36,666 nt of DNA, taken from Candidatus Tethybacter castellensis (GTDB lineage Bacteria; Pseudomonadota; Gammaproteobacteria; Tethybacterales; Tethybacteraceae). The notes below the pieces were generated by a model. The model saw only the letters and a list, made by a program, of their open reading frames with translations. It had not been told where the DNA came from and made no database searches. The first letter of the stretch is position 1. Each line of letters opens with the position of its first letter. Of the stretch, positions 1-10,210 are shown one piece after another. A program made the translations under genes and the position numbers. The stretch covers positions 12,976-49,641 of the forward strand of contig JAZHEJ010000058.1 of NCBI GenBank assembly GCA_036679665.1. The letters are read 5' to 3'.

Positions 1-2
1 AT

Positions 3-2618
3 CACTGGGCCAGGGGCACGGAGCTTGTTGCGCAGTACATGCTTCAGGGGTCGCAGACGAACCCGTTCGGATCGATTGACAAACATTTCGACAAGGCCAT
101 CAAAATGGCGACGGCCTCGGGCGACGCACAGCACGAGATTATCCTGCGCTGGTTACATGCGACCGCGCGGGTCATGGTCACCAACTCACTTTGGTGGGCG
201 GTGCGTGCCGTCAATTCACGCACAACGGATTTTGTCCGCTCCTTGACGCTTCGCGAACACCGGCCGATGTTCGAACTCCTACCGCCTCAGCGCGCGGCCC
301 TTCTTGAAAAGGGGTTGCTCGACCCGGCCAAGACGGCGATCGTGGTCGATATGCCAACCTCGGGCGGGAAAACCCTTCTCGCGCAATTCCGCATTCTTCA
401 GGCGTTGAATCAGTTCGACGCCGACAATGGCTGGGTCGCATATGTTGCGCCCACACGCGCCTTGTCCGCCCAGATCACCCGACGGCTGCGAAAAGATTTC
501 GAGCCGATCGACGTTCGAGTCGAGCAATTGACGGCCGCGGTCGAGGTGGACGCCTTTGAGGAAGAATTGCTGGCGGACAACGATCGGCCATTCCACATTC
601 TCGTGGCCACACCCGAGAAACTGTCTCTCGTCATCCGCAACAAGAAGATCGAGAATCGGCCGCTTGCCCTCGTTGTCATGGACGAAGCGCACAATCTCGA
701 AACGAAAGAAAGAGGACTCCGCATCGAGTTGCTGCTTGCGACGGTGAAGAGGGATTGCCCACAGGCGAACTTCCTTCTCCTCATGCCTTATGCGGAAGGA
801 TCGGAAACCGTAGCGCGGTGGCTGGCGCAGGATATAAACGCCGGCCAAGCGATCAGCCTTGGAACGACGCCCTGGAAACCCAATGAACGAATCGTCGGCA
901 TCTATAAAGCTGTTGCGGATAACAGCCGACGCGGTAGGTGGCGTCTCAACTTTGAAACGTTGACGGCGACGGAAAAGGCCATGCGGCTTGACGGTGCCCA
1001 CCGCATTGGGGGTGTGAAGCCCATCGATGTTCCCAAAAGCGAGGTGCTTGCCAAAGGCCGGCAGAAAGGCCTGGGCTTGCAGACGGCGGCCATTGCAACC
1101 GTCATGTCCACCCGTGGCGCGAGTATCGCCATCGCCAACAATATTCCCACCGTGCGGAAGATGGCCTCCAGGGCTGCGGAGAGCTTACCGGATCTCGATC
1201 CGATTCCGTCGGATATCGGGCTCGTTCAGAACTTTCTGCGCACCGAGATCGGCTCCGACTTCCACTTGATCGCAACGTTGGACAAGGGAGTCGGTGTCCA
1301 CCATGCCGGTCTTTCCGATGACGTGCGCGGCCTTATGGAGTGGCTTGCCGAAACCGGAAGTCTGCGGATGCTTTGCGCGACCACCACAATTGCGCAGGGC
1401 ATCAATTTCCCGGTTTCCTCCGTTTTTCTGCAAACGTACAAATATCCCTACGGACAGGAAATGTCGCCGCGCGAATTCTGGAACCTGGCCGGTCGCGCCG
1501 GTCGTATCGATCATGACAGCGTGGGCGTCATCGGCCTCGCGGAAGGTTCGAATCGGAAGTCTCTCATCGAGTTCGTCAGCCGCAACACGGGCGCTCTCGT
1601 CTCGCGTCTTGTCTCGTTGCTGGACGAGCTTGCCGCGCAAGGCGAATTGGAGAATTTGTCGAAAGTCCTCTGGCAGGATCAATGGGAGGATTTCCGCTGT
1701 TACATCGCGCATCTTTGGGCGGAGAAAAAAAACCTCGACGCCGTTCTCTCCGACTCCGAGCAACTCCTTCGTCAGACGTTCGGCTATACATCGCTGCGAA
1801 ACGACCCCACGAAGCGAGAGAAGGCCGACGCATTGCTGGATGCCGCCCACGCCTATGCGCGGAAACTCGCCGCTATGCCCAAGGGCGTCGCCGAACTAGC
1901 GGACTCGACAGGCTTTTCGCCTGAAGGCGTGACAAGTGCGATGACGGGAATTAGCAATCTTGACACTAGCCTTACGCCATCGGATTGGGCTCCTGAAGGC
2001 CTTTTCGGAGACGGCGGTAAAATCGCCGATTTGTATGGCGTGATGTTGAAAGTGCCTCAACTCAAGCGACAACTTGAAGAGAATCGCGGAAAGTGCTTTG
2101 ACTGCACCCGGATTTCCGACATCACGCGAGCCTGGGTGAACGGCCAGGGAATCGACGTCATAGCTAAGAAATATTTCAGCCGGGAAAAGGACGACGAAAA
2201 AGGAACGGCTGCGATTACGGACGCCTGCCGCTACATATATCGCACGATTGTCAATAACGGAACCTGGGGTGTTTCTGCGCTGAGCCGCATTTCCGGTATC
2301 GACTTTGACAGCTTGCCGGAAGCCGAACGTCACAGAATCAATGCGCTTCCCGCGATGATTTACCACGGCGTCCGCACGGAAGACGCGGTTTTGATGCGCA
2401 TGAATGCCGCGCCACGCAGCGCGGCTGAAAGCCTTGGCGATTTGTATCGCGAGACATTCGGCGAAGGCGATGGCCGTTATTCTGTCGGACAGGCTCGCCA
2501 ATTCCTGAAAGACCTGAGCGAGCACGACTGGCACCGCGCACGTCCGGAAAGCGCCGCTCTCTCTGGAGCCGGATACAAGCGCGTCTGGGAAGTGCTTTCC
2601 GGGGAGGCTAGCGCATGA
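3..2618 (+). CDS. Ski2-like SF2 DEAD/DEAH-box helicase (HamB-like defence helicase), 5'-partial
   Basis: The frame is open from the window edge (HWARGTELVAQY before the Met at 39). Motifs: PTSGGKT (I), VAPTRAL (Ia), ATPEK (Ib), DEAH (II), GVGVHHAGL, ATTTIAQGINFP (V), NLAGRAGR (VI). The HamB likeness is inference because no hamA is in the window. Confidence 0.85.
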   Translation, partial: HWARGTELVAQYMLQGSQTNPFGSIDKHFDKAIKMATASGDAQHEIILRWLHATARVMVTNSLWWAVRAVNSRTTDFVRSLTLREHRPMFELLPPQRAALLEKGLLDPAKTAIVVDMPTSGGKTLLAQFRILQALNQFDADNGWVAYVAPTRALSAQITRRLRKDFEPIDVRVEQLTAAVEVDAFEEELLADNDRPFHILVATPEKLSLVIRNKKIENRPLALVVMDEAHNLETKERGLRIELLLATVKRDCPQANFLLLMPYAEGSETVARWLAQDINAGQAISLGTTPWKPNERIVGIYKAVADNSRRGRWRLNFETLTATEKAMRLDGAHRIGGVKPIDVPKSEVLAKGRQKGLGLQTAAIATVMSTRGASIAIANNIPTVRKMASRAAESLPDLDPIPSDIGLVQNFLRTEIGSDFHLIATLDKGVGVHHAGLSDDVRGLMEWLAETGSLRMLCATTTIAQGINFPVSSVFLQTYKYPYGQEMSPREFWNLAGRAGRIDHDSVGVIGLAEGSNRKSLIEFVSRNTGALVSRLVSLLDELAAQGELENLSKVLWQDQWEDFRCYIAHLWAEKKNLDAVLSDSEQLLRQTFGYTSLRNDPTKREKADALLDAAHAYARKLAAMPKGVAELADSTGFSPEGVTSAMTGISNLDTSLTPSDWAPEGLFGDGGKIADLYGVMLKVPQLKRQLEENRGKCFDCTRISDITRAWVNGQGIDVIAKKYFSREKDDEKGTAAITDACRYIYRTIVNNGTWGVSALSRISGIDFDSLPEAERHRINALPAMIYHGVRTEDAVLMRMNAAPRSAAESLGDLYRETFGEGDGRYSVGQARQFLKDLSEHDWHRARPESAALSGAGYKRVWEVLSGEASA

Positions 2619-3087
2619 CCGATTTCACCGAAGACCACGTCGAGTGGGCGGCACTCGCCTGGCTAGAAAGCGTGGGCTGGCGGATCGTCAACGGGCCGGA
2701 AATCGCGCCGGGCGAGCCGGACGCCGAGCGCGAGAGTCATGAGCAAATCGTTCTCGAACGCCGCCTGCGCGACGCTTTGGCGCGGAACAATCCGAGCCTG
2801 CCGTCCGAGGGATCAACGACGCCCTGCGCAAACTTCTCCGCCCCAAGGGCGTCGAACCAATCCGGCGGAACCGGAACCTGCACCGCCTGCTGGTGGACGG
2901 CGTGACCGTGGAATACCGCGACGATGACGACGGAATCCGCGGCACGTAAGCGTGCGTGATCGACTTCGACCGGCCCGAGGCGAACGACTGGCTGGCCGTC
3001 AACCAGTTCACCGTCGTCGACACAAGCGCGCGCCGTCCCGACGTGGTGCTGTTCGTCAACGGCCTTCAGCTCGCCGTGATCGAATTG
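2615..3087 (+). pseudogene. hsdR: Type I restriction subunit R N-terminal fragment (frameshift, internal stop, 3' truncation)
   Basis: MTDFTEDHVEWAALAWLESVGW...[14 protein letters not shown] continues in another frame from ~2812 as INDALRKL...[21 protein letters not shown] follows at 2947-2949, then [20 protein letters not shown]...[19 protein letters not shown]. Similarity ends abruptly inside the PD-(D/E)xK nuclease motif. Confidence 0.9.
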
Positions 3088-3219
3088 CTTGCATATGGCC
3101 TAGCTCACAGAATTTCGCCGGCCACTTGACCTTGGTCATGCCCTAATAGTGGTCTTAGTGGTCTTCGATAGCTTGCTTTTCCAGTTCTCAATTCGTCTAG
3201 CGTTTGGATAGAACCACTT

Positions 3220-6200
3220 CTAATGATAACTCTGTACTGTCTGCTTTCCGCATCCAGGCCCGGATATATGACTCCTGCCGCTGGTCTGAGGTATTACCTG
3301 GATCTGTGCGCTGATCCTCTCTTTTAAGGCTGGTACGTGTGAAATGACGCCGATCAGTTTGCTGTCGTGTTGCAAGCCTGCGAGGGTTTCCAGAACGGTA
3401 TCGAGGGCTTCCTCGTCTAGGGTGCCAAAACCTTCATCCAAAAACAGCGAATCCACCCGGACATTCTTGCTGGCCATACGGGACAAACCCAGTGCCAGAG
3501 ACAGGCTAACAATAAAGCACTCGCCTCCGGAGAGGTTCTTTGTGGACCGAATCTCTCCAGCCTGATAGTTGTCGACCACATTGAGCTCCAAAGGCTGAGT
3601 GTCATCACGAACCAGCAAGTAGCGGTCGGTCAATTCCTGTAGTTGCCGGTTAGCGTGACCAATCATCATGTCGAAGGTTAGTCCCTGGGCATAATTGCGG
3701 TATTTCTTACCATCTGCAGAGCCGATCAATTCGTGTAAATGTTCCCACCTGCTAGACTCTTTTGACTGAGCTTCGATTGCTGATTTCTTTTCTTTTATCC
3801 GCTCATTTGCTTTCGTATTCTCATTCAGTTTGTGCTTAAATCCGGCAATGATGTCACGTAGCTCTCTCAGGGCTTCATCGTACTCCTTGAGTTGGCGCTC
3901 AAGCTCATTCAAAGTCTTGTCGGTAATCTTGCTGTCCATCTCCAAAGTTAAGCGATCTTTCCGATCTTTTTGTCTAGCTTTCAAACCAAATAGCCGCTCA
4001 TCAAAATTCTTGGCCATGGCTTCTAGTTCAGCCTTACGTTCTGAGGAAAGTCTAGCCGCCAAAAACTGCTCTTCATTTGAAAAGCCAACGGGTGCAAGCG
4101 CTGCGAAAAAATCAGTTTCCAGCTTTCTCAGTTTCGGCTCTTGTTGGTTGATGCGTTTATTCAGAGATTCGACATCAGCCTTCGCGGTATTCCATTGTTG
4201 TTGGAGCTCATTATGCCGTTCTCTGACCTGCTTTTCAACACCTTCGGCATCAGAAATCGCCTTATTCAAACTGCCCTCTTCATCGTCAGGATTCTTGTCG
4301 CCGTACAGTTTTTCACGCTCAACACTTTTGGTAGAGAGTAACTTTTTCAAAGACTTCAAGCTTTTCAATTTCTCGGCTAGGCCGGAGTTTTGAGTTTCGA
4401 TAACCGCATCCAAACGCTTTAACTCGCTGGCGAAATCGGCAATCTGTTGCTCAATGTCTGCCTTTTTCTTGACCTGGACCTGCCATTTCTTCAGCCGTGC
4501 TCTTAGGATGTCGAGTAATGATGAAATATCCGTTTCAGGGATGTCCTCAATACCAAGCGGCACAAGTTTGTTAAATACAACCTGCCTACGTTCGGCAAAA
4601 GCAGCACGGAGTTTCACAAGGCCGTCCTTTACCTCAGCAAGAGCATTCTCGGAAGTTTTCTTGTCATTAGACGCTGCTGACTCCATTTTTTCAGCCTCCG
4701 TCAGTTTTTTACCGGCCAAGCTTTCATTTTTTTCTAATTTTTTGATGGCGGCTTCCATATCTTCCGCTTTGCTAATCAGCTTGGTCAGCTTCTCAATTTT
4801 TTGTTCGGTTTCATCAAGGGCAGGGACATTTCCTTCCGCGAATGGGTGTTCGATTGCTCCACAAAGTGGACAAGGCTTGCCGTCTTCCAATTTTGCCCGG
4901 TGATCTTCAAGCTCCGCTATTTTTGTTAGATAGATTTTTTTACACTGCAGAGTATCCTTTTTGTTCCGATATTCTTTCAACGAGCGTTCTTTTAACAGCT
5001 GACTCATTGCATCTTTGCTTTGCTGAATCTGTTCTGATGTGTCCTCAAGTTTCTGTTTCAGAACGCCTGATTGTTTCTGACAGTCGTCGAGTGTCTTTGT
5101 CGCAAGTTCCAGAGCCGTCGTGGTCGTTTCTTGATCTACCTTTTTTTGAACAATTTCATTTTGCTTAAAGAGTAAGCCGCTGAACTGTTCTTCAACACCA
5201 GCAAGACCGCTGATCAGCCATTCATCCCGTGCATGCTCCTTGAGGAAACCATCCACAAGTTTTAGCTTCTCTTTAGCCTCGGATACTGTTTCACGCTTTT
5301 CAAGCAAGTCATCTTTGTTAATTTCAATCTTTTCCGCATCATTCTTGCAGCTCTCATTACCTTCTGAAACAGCCGTTTTCTGATCAATAAGTTTCTGATC
5401 CAGAAAGCGAACCTTCTGCAAGGTAGGAGCAGCCGTTTTTAGCTCTTTTTTAGCCAGAGCGGTCTTTTGCTCTGCCAATTTTAATGTTTCAGCCTGTTCG
5501 TTAACGGAAGATTCAAGTTTTGAAAAAGCCTCTTTTTCAGTTTTTAATGCTGCTCTGTCATCCGCCTGTTGTTTGCGGGTCGCCGTGAGCGTATCGTATT
5601 CTATGTACAGTGAGGCGGCACTCAAAAACCGGTTGAGCTTTTCACGATCCGGTTCGAACTCCTTAGCTTCGATTTGCAGCTTGCTCTCCTCGTCAGCAAG
5701 GTTGTCAATTTCCCTTTTCAGTTCATTGATGTTGGTGAGCCATTCAATGGCCTTCCCGGTGTCAGCAAACTTGGCTGCAAGGTCTGTCTCTTCTTTTTGC
5801 TTTGTCTTAAGTGCCTGCACGATCGCTTGCTCCTGCTCACGCTCAAGTATCACAATGCCTTTCGTTTCGGCCTGCAGCTGATTCAGCTTTACACGCTCTT
5901 CGCGCTGCCGCTCATGGATACGGATGGATATTTGGCTGTAGATCTCAGTACCCGTTATCTGCTCCAGGATCGGAGACCGATCATCCGGTGCCGCCTGGAG
6001 GAATGCGGCAAAGTCTCCTTGGGCCAGCAACATCGAGCGAGTGAAACGGTCAAAATCCATGCCGGTAGCCGACTCGATCTGATCGGCAACCCTTCTAATC
6101 TTGGATTCGAAAATTTCTCCAGTATCGGCATTGGCAATTTCGTGTTTTGATGTCTGGAACTCCCCATCCGGCTTTTTACGCGTCCGGTGTTGGCTCCAGT

Positions 6201-6483
6201 GACATCGGTAACGCCCAGACTGTGTTTCAAAAATCACCTCGGCAAAACATTCGCCAGTTTTGCGGGACATGATTTCGTTGTCGCTTTTGGTGACCTTGTT
6301 CAGACGAGGCGTCCGCCCATATAGGGCGAGGCAAATAGCATCGAATATCGTGGTTTTTCCGGCACCAGTGGGGCCGGTGATAGCGAAAATGCCGTCAGAC
6401 GCGAAGGCCTGGTTCGTCAGGTCGATTTGCCATTCGCCTACCAGTGAATTCAGATTCTTGAATCGGACTTGCAGTATTCTCAT
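3220..6483 (-). CDS. sbcC: SbcC/Rad50-family SMC ATPase
   Basis: N-terminal FKNLNSL, Walker A GPTGAGKT, LAQGDFAAFL Q-loop region, long coiled coils, zinc hook CPLC (PCPLCGAIEHP), LSGGE signature, Walker B FLDEGFGTLD, IGVISH. It lies 11 bp downstream of sbcD. Confidence 0.95.
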   Translation of the reverse strand: MRILQVRFKNLNSLVGEWQIDLTNQAFASDGIFAITGPTGAGKTTIFDAICLALYGRTPRLNKVTKSDNEIMSRKTGECFAEVIFETQSGRYRCHWSQHRTRKKPDGEFQTSKHEIANADTGEIFESKIRRVADQIESATGMDFDRFTRSMLLAQGDFAAFLQAAPDDRSPILEQITGTEIYSQISIRIHERQREERVKLNQLQAETKGIVILEREQEQAIVQALKTKQKEETDLAAKFADTGKAIEWLTNINELKREIDNLADEESKLQIEAKEFEPDREKLNRFLSAASLYIEYDTLTATRKQQADDRAALKTEKEAFSKLESSVNEQAETLKLAEQKTALAKKELKTAAPTLQKVRFLDQKLIDQKTAVSEGNESCKNDAEKIEINKDDLLEKRETVSEAKEKLKLVDGFLKEHARDEWLISGLAGVEEQFSGLLFKQNEIVQKKVDQETTTTALELATKTLDDCQKQSGVLKQKLEDTSEQIQQSKDAMSQLLKERSLKEYRNKKDTLQCKKIYLTKIAELEDHRAKLEDGKPCPLCGAIEHPFAEGNVPALDETEQKIEKLTKLISKAEDMEAAIKKLEKNESLAGKKLTEAEKMESAASNDKKTSENALAEVKDGLVKLRAAFAERRQVVFNKLVPLGIEDIPETDISSLLDILRARLKKWQVQVKKKADIEQQIADFASELKRLDAVIETQNSGLAEKLKSLKSLKKLLSTKSVEREKLYGDKNPDDEEGSLNKAISDAEGVEKQVRERHNELQQQWNTAKADVESLNKRINQQEPKLRKLETDFFAALAPVGFSNEEQFLAARLSSERKAELEAMAKNFDERLFGLKARQKDRKDRLTLEMDSKITDKTLNELERQLKEYDEALRELRDIIAGFKHKLNENTKANERIKEKKSAIEAQSKESSRWEHLHELIGSADGKKYRNYAQGLTFDMMIGHANRQLQELTDRYLLVRDDTQPLELNVVDNYQAGEIRSTKNLSGGECFIVSLSLALGLSRMASKNVRVDSLFLDEGFGTLDEEALDTVLETLAGLQHDSKLIGVISHVPALKERISAQIQVIPQTSGRSHISGPGCGKQTVQSYH

Positions 6484-6494
6484 CGGCAGCCTCT

Positions 6495-7742
6495 CTATTC
6501 AGCCTTCACATCGTCTTCATAAATAGACAAAACCGTTTCTTGGTAGGCTCTAAGTAGTTCTGGCCGCTGATTTTCTGGGATGTCATGAACGTTTAGGAAT
6601 CGTTCAAACACTTCATACACATTCAGATCGTCAAGTGTTTTCTCTTCATAAATTTGTCTCAGTACACGATTGATGATGCGGATGTTCTTGATCCGGAGGA
6701 TTTCCATCTGGGTGTCGGAAGTCGCAGCCTCCAATCGTTCACGCAAGTCGTTGATAATTTCGTCACCTTCGTAAATGACTTCGAGCCAACCATGAGAGTC
6801 CATTGCCGACAATTCGAGGATGTGGCTTGAAATGCAGTTCCAGTCTCCCTTGACACGCTCAAGTTTCTGAAACACAGGTACATCAACTAGTTGTACGGAT
6901 GAAACTGTGCTGTTGCCCTCTTCCTGATCAAAAACAATCTGGCAAACACTCTTCTGCTGTTTTGCCTCACCGAATCCCATGGGCAGCGGAGAGCCACTGT
7001 ACCTTATGGTTTCAAAATTGTTCACTATTTGAGGAACATGGAGATGTCCAAGCGCCAGATAATCAAAGCTCACAGGGAAAATCCCAGTCGTAACGTGAGC
7101 TAGGGAGCCAACATAAAGTTCACGCACACCATCACCATCTACGGTTTTTCCGCCAGCCGTAAACAAATGCCCCATGCCCACAATCGGAACATGAACCCCG
7201 AGTTCCTTGCGTTTGTTTTCAGCTAAAGTGGCAACTGCTGCGTAATGGTTTCGGATGCCGTCTATCAGTTTTTGCTCTTTGTCCTCGACGCTCTCATCAG
7301 CTTCCGCCACACGGATATCCCTGTCGCGAAGATAGGGTACGGCACAGACAATCAATTCCGGAACGTCTTGCTTATTATGAAGCACCAGTACTTCATCCTC
7401 CGGTAATTCAGTGCTTCTTCCGATTACGTAAACATTAAGAGCCTTGAGCAGCTTCTTGGGTGCATTTAAAAATGACGGCGAATCGTGGTTACCCGCGATG
7501 ACGATAACATGTCGACAGGTTAATTCGGTTGCTACCCGGCACAAAAACCGGTAATAGAGCTCCTGGGCACGATTGCTTGGAGTGCTGGTGTCAAAGACAT
7601 CACCTGCTACTAGCAGCACATCAATTGAATTTTCTTGAATCGTCTCAGCAAGCCAGGTCAAAAAAGATTCGAACTCTTCGTAGCGTTGTCTACCATAAAG
7701 AGTGCGCCCAATGTGCCAGTCGGATGTGTGGAGAATTTTCAT
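6495..7742 (-). CDS. sbcD: SbcD/Mre11-family metallophosphoesterase nuclease
   Basis: Motifs HTSDWHIG, AGDVFD, AGNHDS, MGH, ALGHLH, RYSGSP. A GGAG RBS lies upstream. Confidence 0.95.
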   Translation of the reverse strand: MKILHTSDWHIGRTLYGRQRYEEFESFLTWLAETIQENSIDVLLVAGDVFDTSTPSNRAQELYYRFLCRVATELTCRHVIVIAGNHDSPSFLNAPKKLLKALNVYVIGRSTELPEDEVLVLHNKQDVPELIVCAVPYLRDRDIRVAEADESVEDKEQKLIDGIRNHYAAVATLAENKRKELGVHVPIVGMGHLFTAGGKTVDGDGVRELYVGSLAHVTTGIFPVSFDYLALGHLHVPQIVNNFETIRYSGSPLPMGFGEAKQQKSVCQIVFDQEEGNSTVSSVQLVDVPVFQKLERVKGDWNCISSHILELSAMDSHGWLEVIYEGDEIINDLRERLEAATSDTQMEILRIKNIRIINRVLRQIYEEKTLDDLNVYEVFERFLNVHDIPENQRPELLRAYQETVLSIYEDDVKAE

Positions 7743-7765
7743 TGGGGCTCCACCACTGTCCGGGA

Positions 7766-10186
7766 TTATTCAGCAAGCCCCTCAGTCACACCGATACTTT
7801 GAAGTAAGGCTGAATACTGATGTGGGTCATTTTTTTTAATTTTATCCAAGATAAATTTTGCTGTGGTTTTCATCTCTGGGAAATCATTATGTATAACATT
7901 ACGCTCTAATACATCCTTTAAATGAGAGAACTCATTGTTGATACTATGCGTTAGCGACACAGATACTGAATCATATCCGAAAAACTTCTCCAACTTTTCA
8001 TTCATTGTCATTGAATTTGGGTACTTGAAGTACAAGAATACCTCAAGAAACTTGCGGGCATTGTTCCCAAAATTATAGTAACAGTCATGTTTTTCATAAC
8101 TATTAATTTTCGCAAAAGCACATTTGTGAATCTGATGAAATAAGAAATTGAATTCAGTAACGTATTCCTTCATATATTCAGGCATCAATTGAATATCACT
8201 GACTTGATCCTCCCGGGGAATGATGAAATATTGAGATTTGCATTTTTTCATAGCACCAGGAAGCCTTTTCAAATACTTCAAAAATTCCAAGTTATGAGTC
8301 GATATGAACAGCTGCTTAAAACGGTTGGAATTGTTTGATTTTCCAACTAAAGTCTTGTCAGGCTTTACAATCTTTACATTTATGATGCTGTAGACAAAAA
8401 AGATATGGTTTGCATCAAGACTGGAAACGGGATCATCAATCCAGATAATCGGCTGGTTACCTTTAGTCTTAACATCCTCCAGCTTTGCCACAAAATAACA
8501 AAAAGCTATCAGGTTGCATTCTCCCTCACTGAGGTGAAATGCTTTCTCGTCGTTCCGAGTGACTTCAAATCGGTATCCCGGTGACACATTTTTGGAATTG
8601 TCTTCTATGGCTTTTAGTGAAAGAAACTGGTGACCAAAGAAATGCTTCAAATAGTAATTTACCCGGTCAGCGCCCTTGCTTTCATCTTTCAGCCGGTCTT
8701 TCAGTTCACTAATTTTTGCTTGTTTTGTATCAACCTTTTTATTTACAGAGTTCCTAACTTTCTCCGCATCGTTCATTGCCTTTTCCAACGCAATATTTTT
8801 GTCACGTTTTTCCTCATAATTAATGATGTTTTTATAAGTAAAAACCTCATAAAGTCGCAGAGTATTGCTAGCTTTAGATTGATCGGTGCTCAGCGTATCA
8901 GTATGCTTATTAGAATCGTTTCTGATTTGTTCATATGAATCCCTAACCGCATTCAAATCATCTTCAGCAGACTCAGAAGCATCTAATTTAAAAATTGTAA
9001 AAATGTCATTTTTTCGTTTTTCGACCTGTTCTTTTATGGTATTTAAATTTTCACTATAAATAGTAGATTGGGTTGATAATTGTTCTTCCAACGAATCCAA
9101 TTCAGTATTTAAACTAGAAGAGAAATCCGTTTTATTAATTATCAATAGATTGGGAACACGTGACTGTTCAAGTTCAATCAATTCGAGCAGATTATCCAAA
9201 GCTTGCCGATGTTTTTCAGACTCTTCATTAAAATGTTTTTCCAGCTTCTCCCATAAATCTTTTGGCAAGTCGTTACCACAAAATGCGCACTTATCTCTTT
9301 TATTTAGATGATATTCCCTACCTTGCCTCACCCACATCTGCAACGCTGCATCATGTAGCAATTCCTGAATTGAATCAGATGCTTGAATCTTTTTTTCAAT
9401 TAGTTCTCTTGCCGTTGGTAAGATTTTAGAATATTGGAGATTGAAATGTAACGATTCTGAGATCTCTGGTTTAGATTCTTCTTTGAGAAGGGCTTCATAT
9501 CTGATTACCTGCTGGTCAGTAGGAGGGGAATAAGTTTTTTTAGTTACAATTTTTAAGTCTGCTTGTATTTTGGTAAAATTGTAGTTGGAATCATTAAATC
9601 TTTTATCGTATCTGATTCCTTTGATTCGATCAATGGCTTTATAACGTAATTCTTTCTCCAATTCTTTAAACTTATCTTTATAAATTTTGCTAGCTTCAGT
9701 GTATTTTTCTTCAGCACCTAAAAGCTCCCCTAGCAAGCCTGACTTTTCCTCCTCGCTACCTAGTTCAGTTTCATGCTTTTCGATGTCTTTTTCAACCTTG
9801 GCATTGTCTTCTCCCAAAATGGCAAATGAATTAATGGGCTGTTCTTCATCAAAAATGAAGCGCAGGTTATCTTTTACAAAATCTTCATTGAAAACCCGAA
9901 CCAGTTGACCATGACTGCTCAATGCGTTTTGCGTGGCAATGGTGCCGTCGGAGAAAGACAACTGAAATTCAGCTGAACTATATTTGTCTGAAATCGAGCC
10001 AATTTCGAGTGCCCTAAATATCCGTGAAAGAGTTGTTTTGCCTGAATAATTACGCCCATAAAAAATATTGATTTTTTTAAACTCATCATTGTTACCGTCT
10101 TTATTCTTTATGGAGTCTACCCAGCTAAAGTCTTGAAAAACTGCCATGTTATTAATAAAATCAATTTTATTTATACTTTTGCTCAT
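7766..10186 (-). CDS. RloC-like ABC/SMC ATPase with zinc hook and C-terminal HEPN-like domain (AAA_13 type)
   Basis: Walker A GRNYSGKT, VFNEDFV, coiled coil with CAFC zinc hook, LSEGE, IDDPVSSLD, STHN. The C-terminal GNNARKFLE...INNEFSH segment is typical of RloC-type anticodon nuclease domains. The gene is visibly AT-rich. Confidence 0.8.
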   Translation of the reverse strand: MSKSINKIDFINNMAVFQDFSWVDSIKNKDGNNDEFKKINIFYGRNYSGKTTLSRIFRALEIGSISDKYSSAEFQLSFSDGTIATQNALSSHGQLVRVFNEDFVKDNLRFIFDEEQPINSFAILGEDNAKVEKDIEKHETELGSEEEKSGLLGELLGAEEKYTEASKIYKDKFKELEKELRYKAIDRIKGIRYDKRFNDSNYNFTKIQADLKIVTKKTYSPPTDQQVIRYEALLKEESKPEISESLHFNLQYSKILPTARELIEKKIQASDSIQELLHDAALQMWVRQGREYHLNKRDKCAFCGNDLPKDLWEKLEKHFNEESEKHRQALDNLLELIELEQSRVPNLLIINKTDFSSSLNTELDSLEEQLSTQSTIYSENLNTIKEQVEKRKNDIFTIFKLDASESAEDDLNAVRDSYEQIRNDSNKHTDTLSTDQSKASNTLRLYEVFTYKNIINYEEKRDKNIALEKAMNDAEKVRNSVNKKVDTKQAKISELKDRLKDESKGADRVNYYLKHFFGHQFLSLKAIEDNSKNVSPGYRFEVTRNDEKAFHLSEGECNLIAFCYFVAKLEDVKTKGNQPIIWIDDPVSSLDANHIFFVYSIINVKIVKPDKTLVGKSNNSNRFKQLFISTHNLEFLKYLKRLPGAMKKCKSQYFIIPREDQVSDIQLMPEYMKEYVTEFNFLFHQIHKCAFAKINSYEKHDCYYNFGNNARKFLEVFLYFKYPNSMTMNEKLEKFFGYDSVSVSLTHSINNEFSHLKDVLERNVIHNDFPEMKTTAKFILDKIKKNDPHQYSALLQSIGVTEGLAE

Positions 10187-10210
10187 GATATTACCTTCCG
10201 CTTCATATTT

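Noticed and set aside
279-2534. Long minus-strand ORFs (240, 221 and 212 aa) over the helicase
   Set aside because: They are antisense shadows of a GC-rich, motif-bearing gene and have no recognisable motifs.
3147-3164. 9-bp tandem repeat TAGTGGTCT x2 near the hsdR truncation; possible IS target-site footprint
   Set aside because: It is too short to separate from a slippage duplication, and there are no IS ends nearby.
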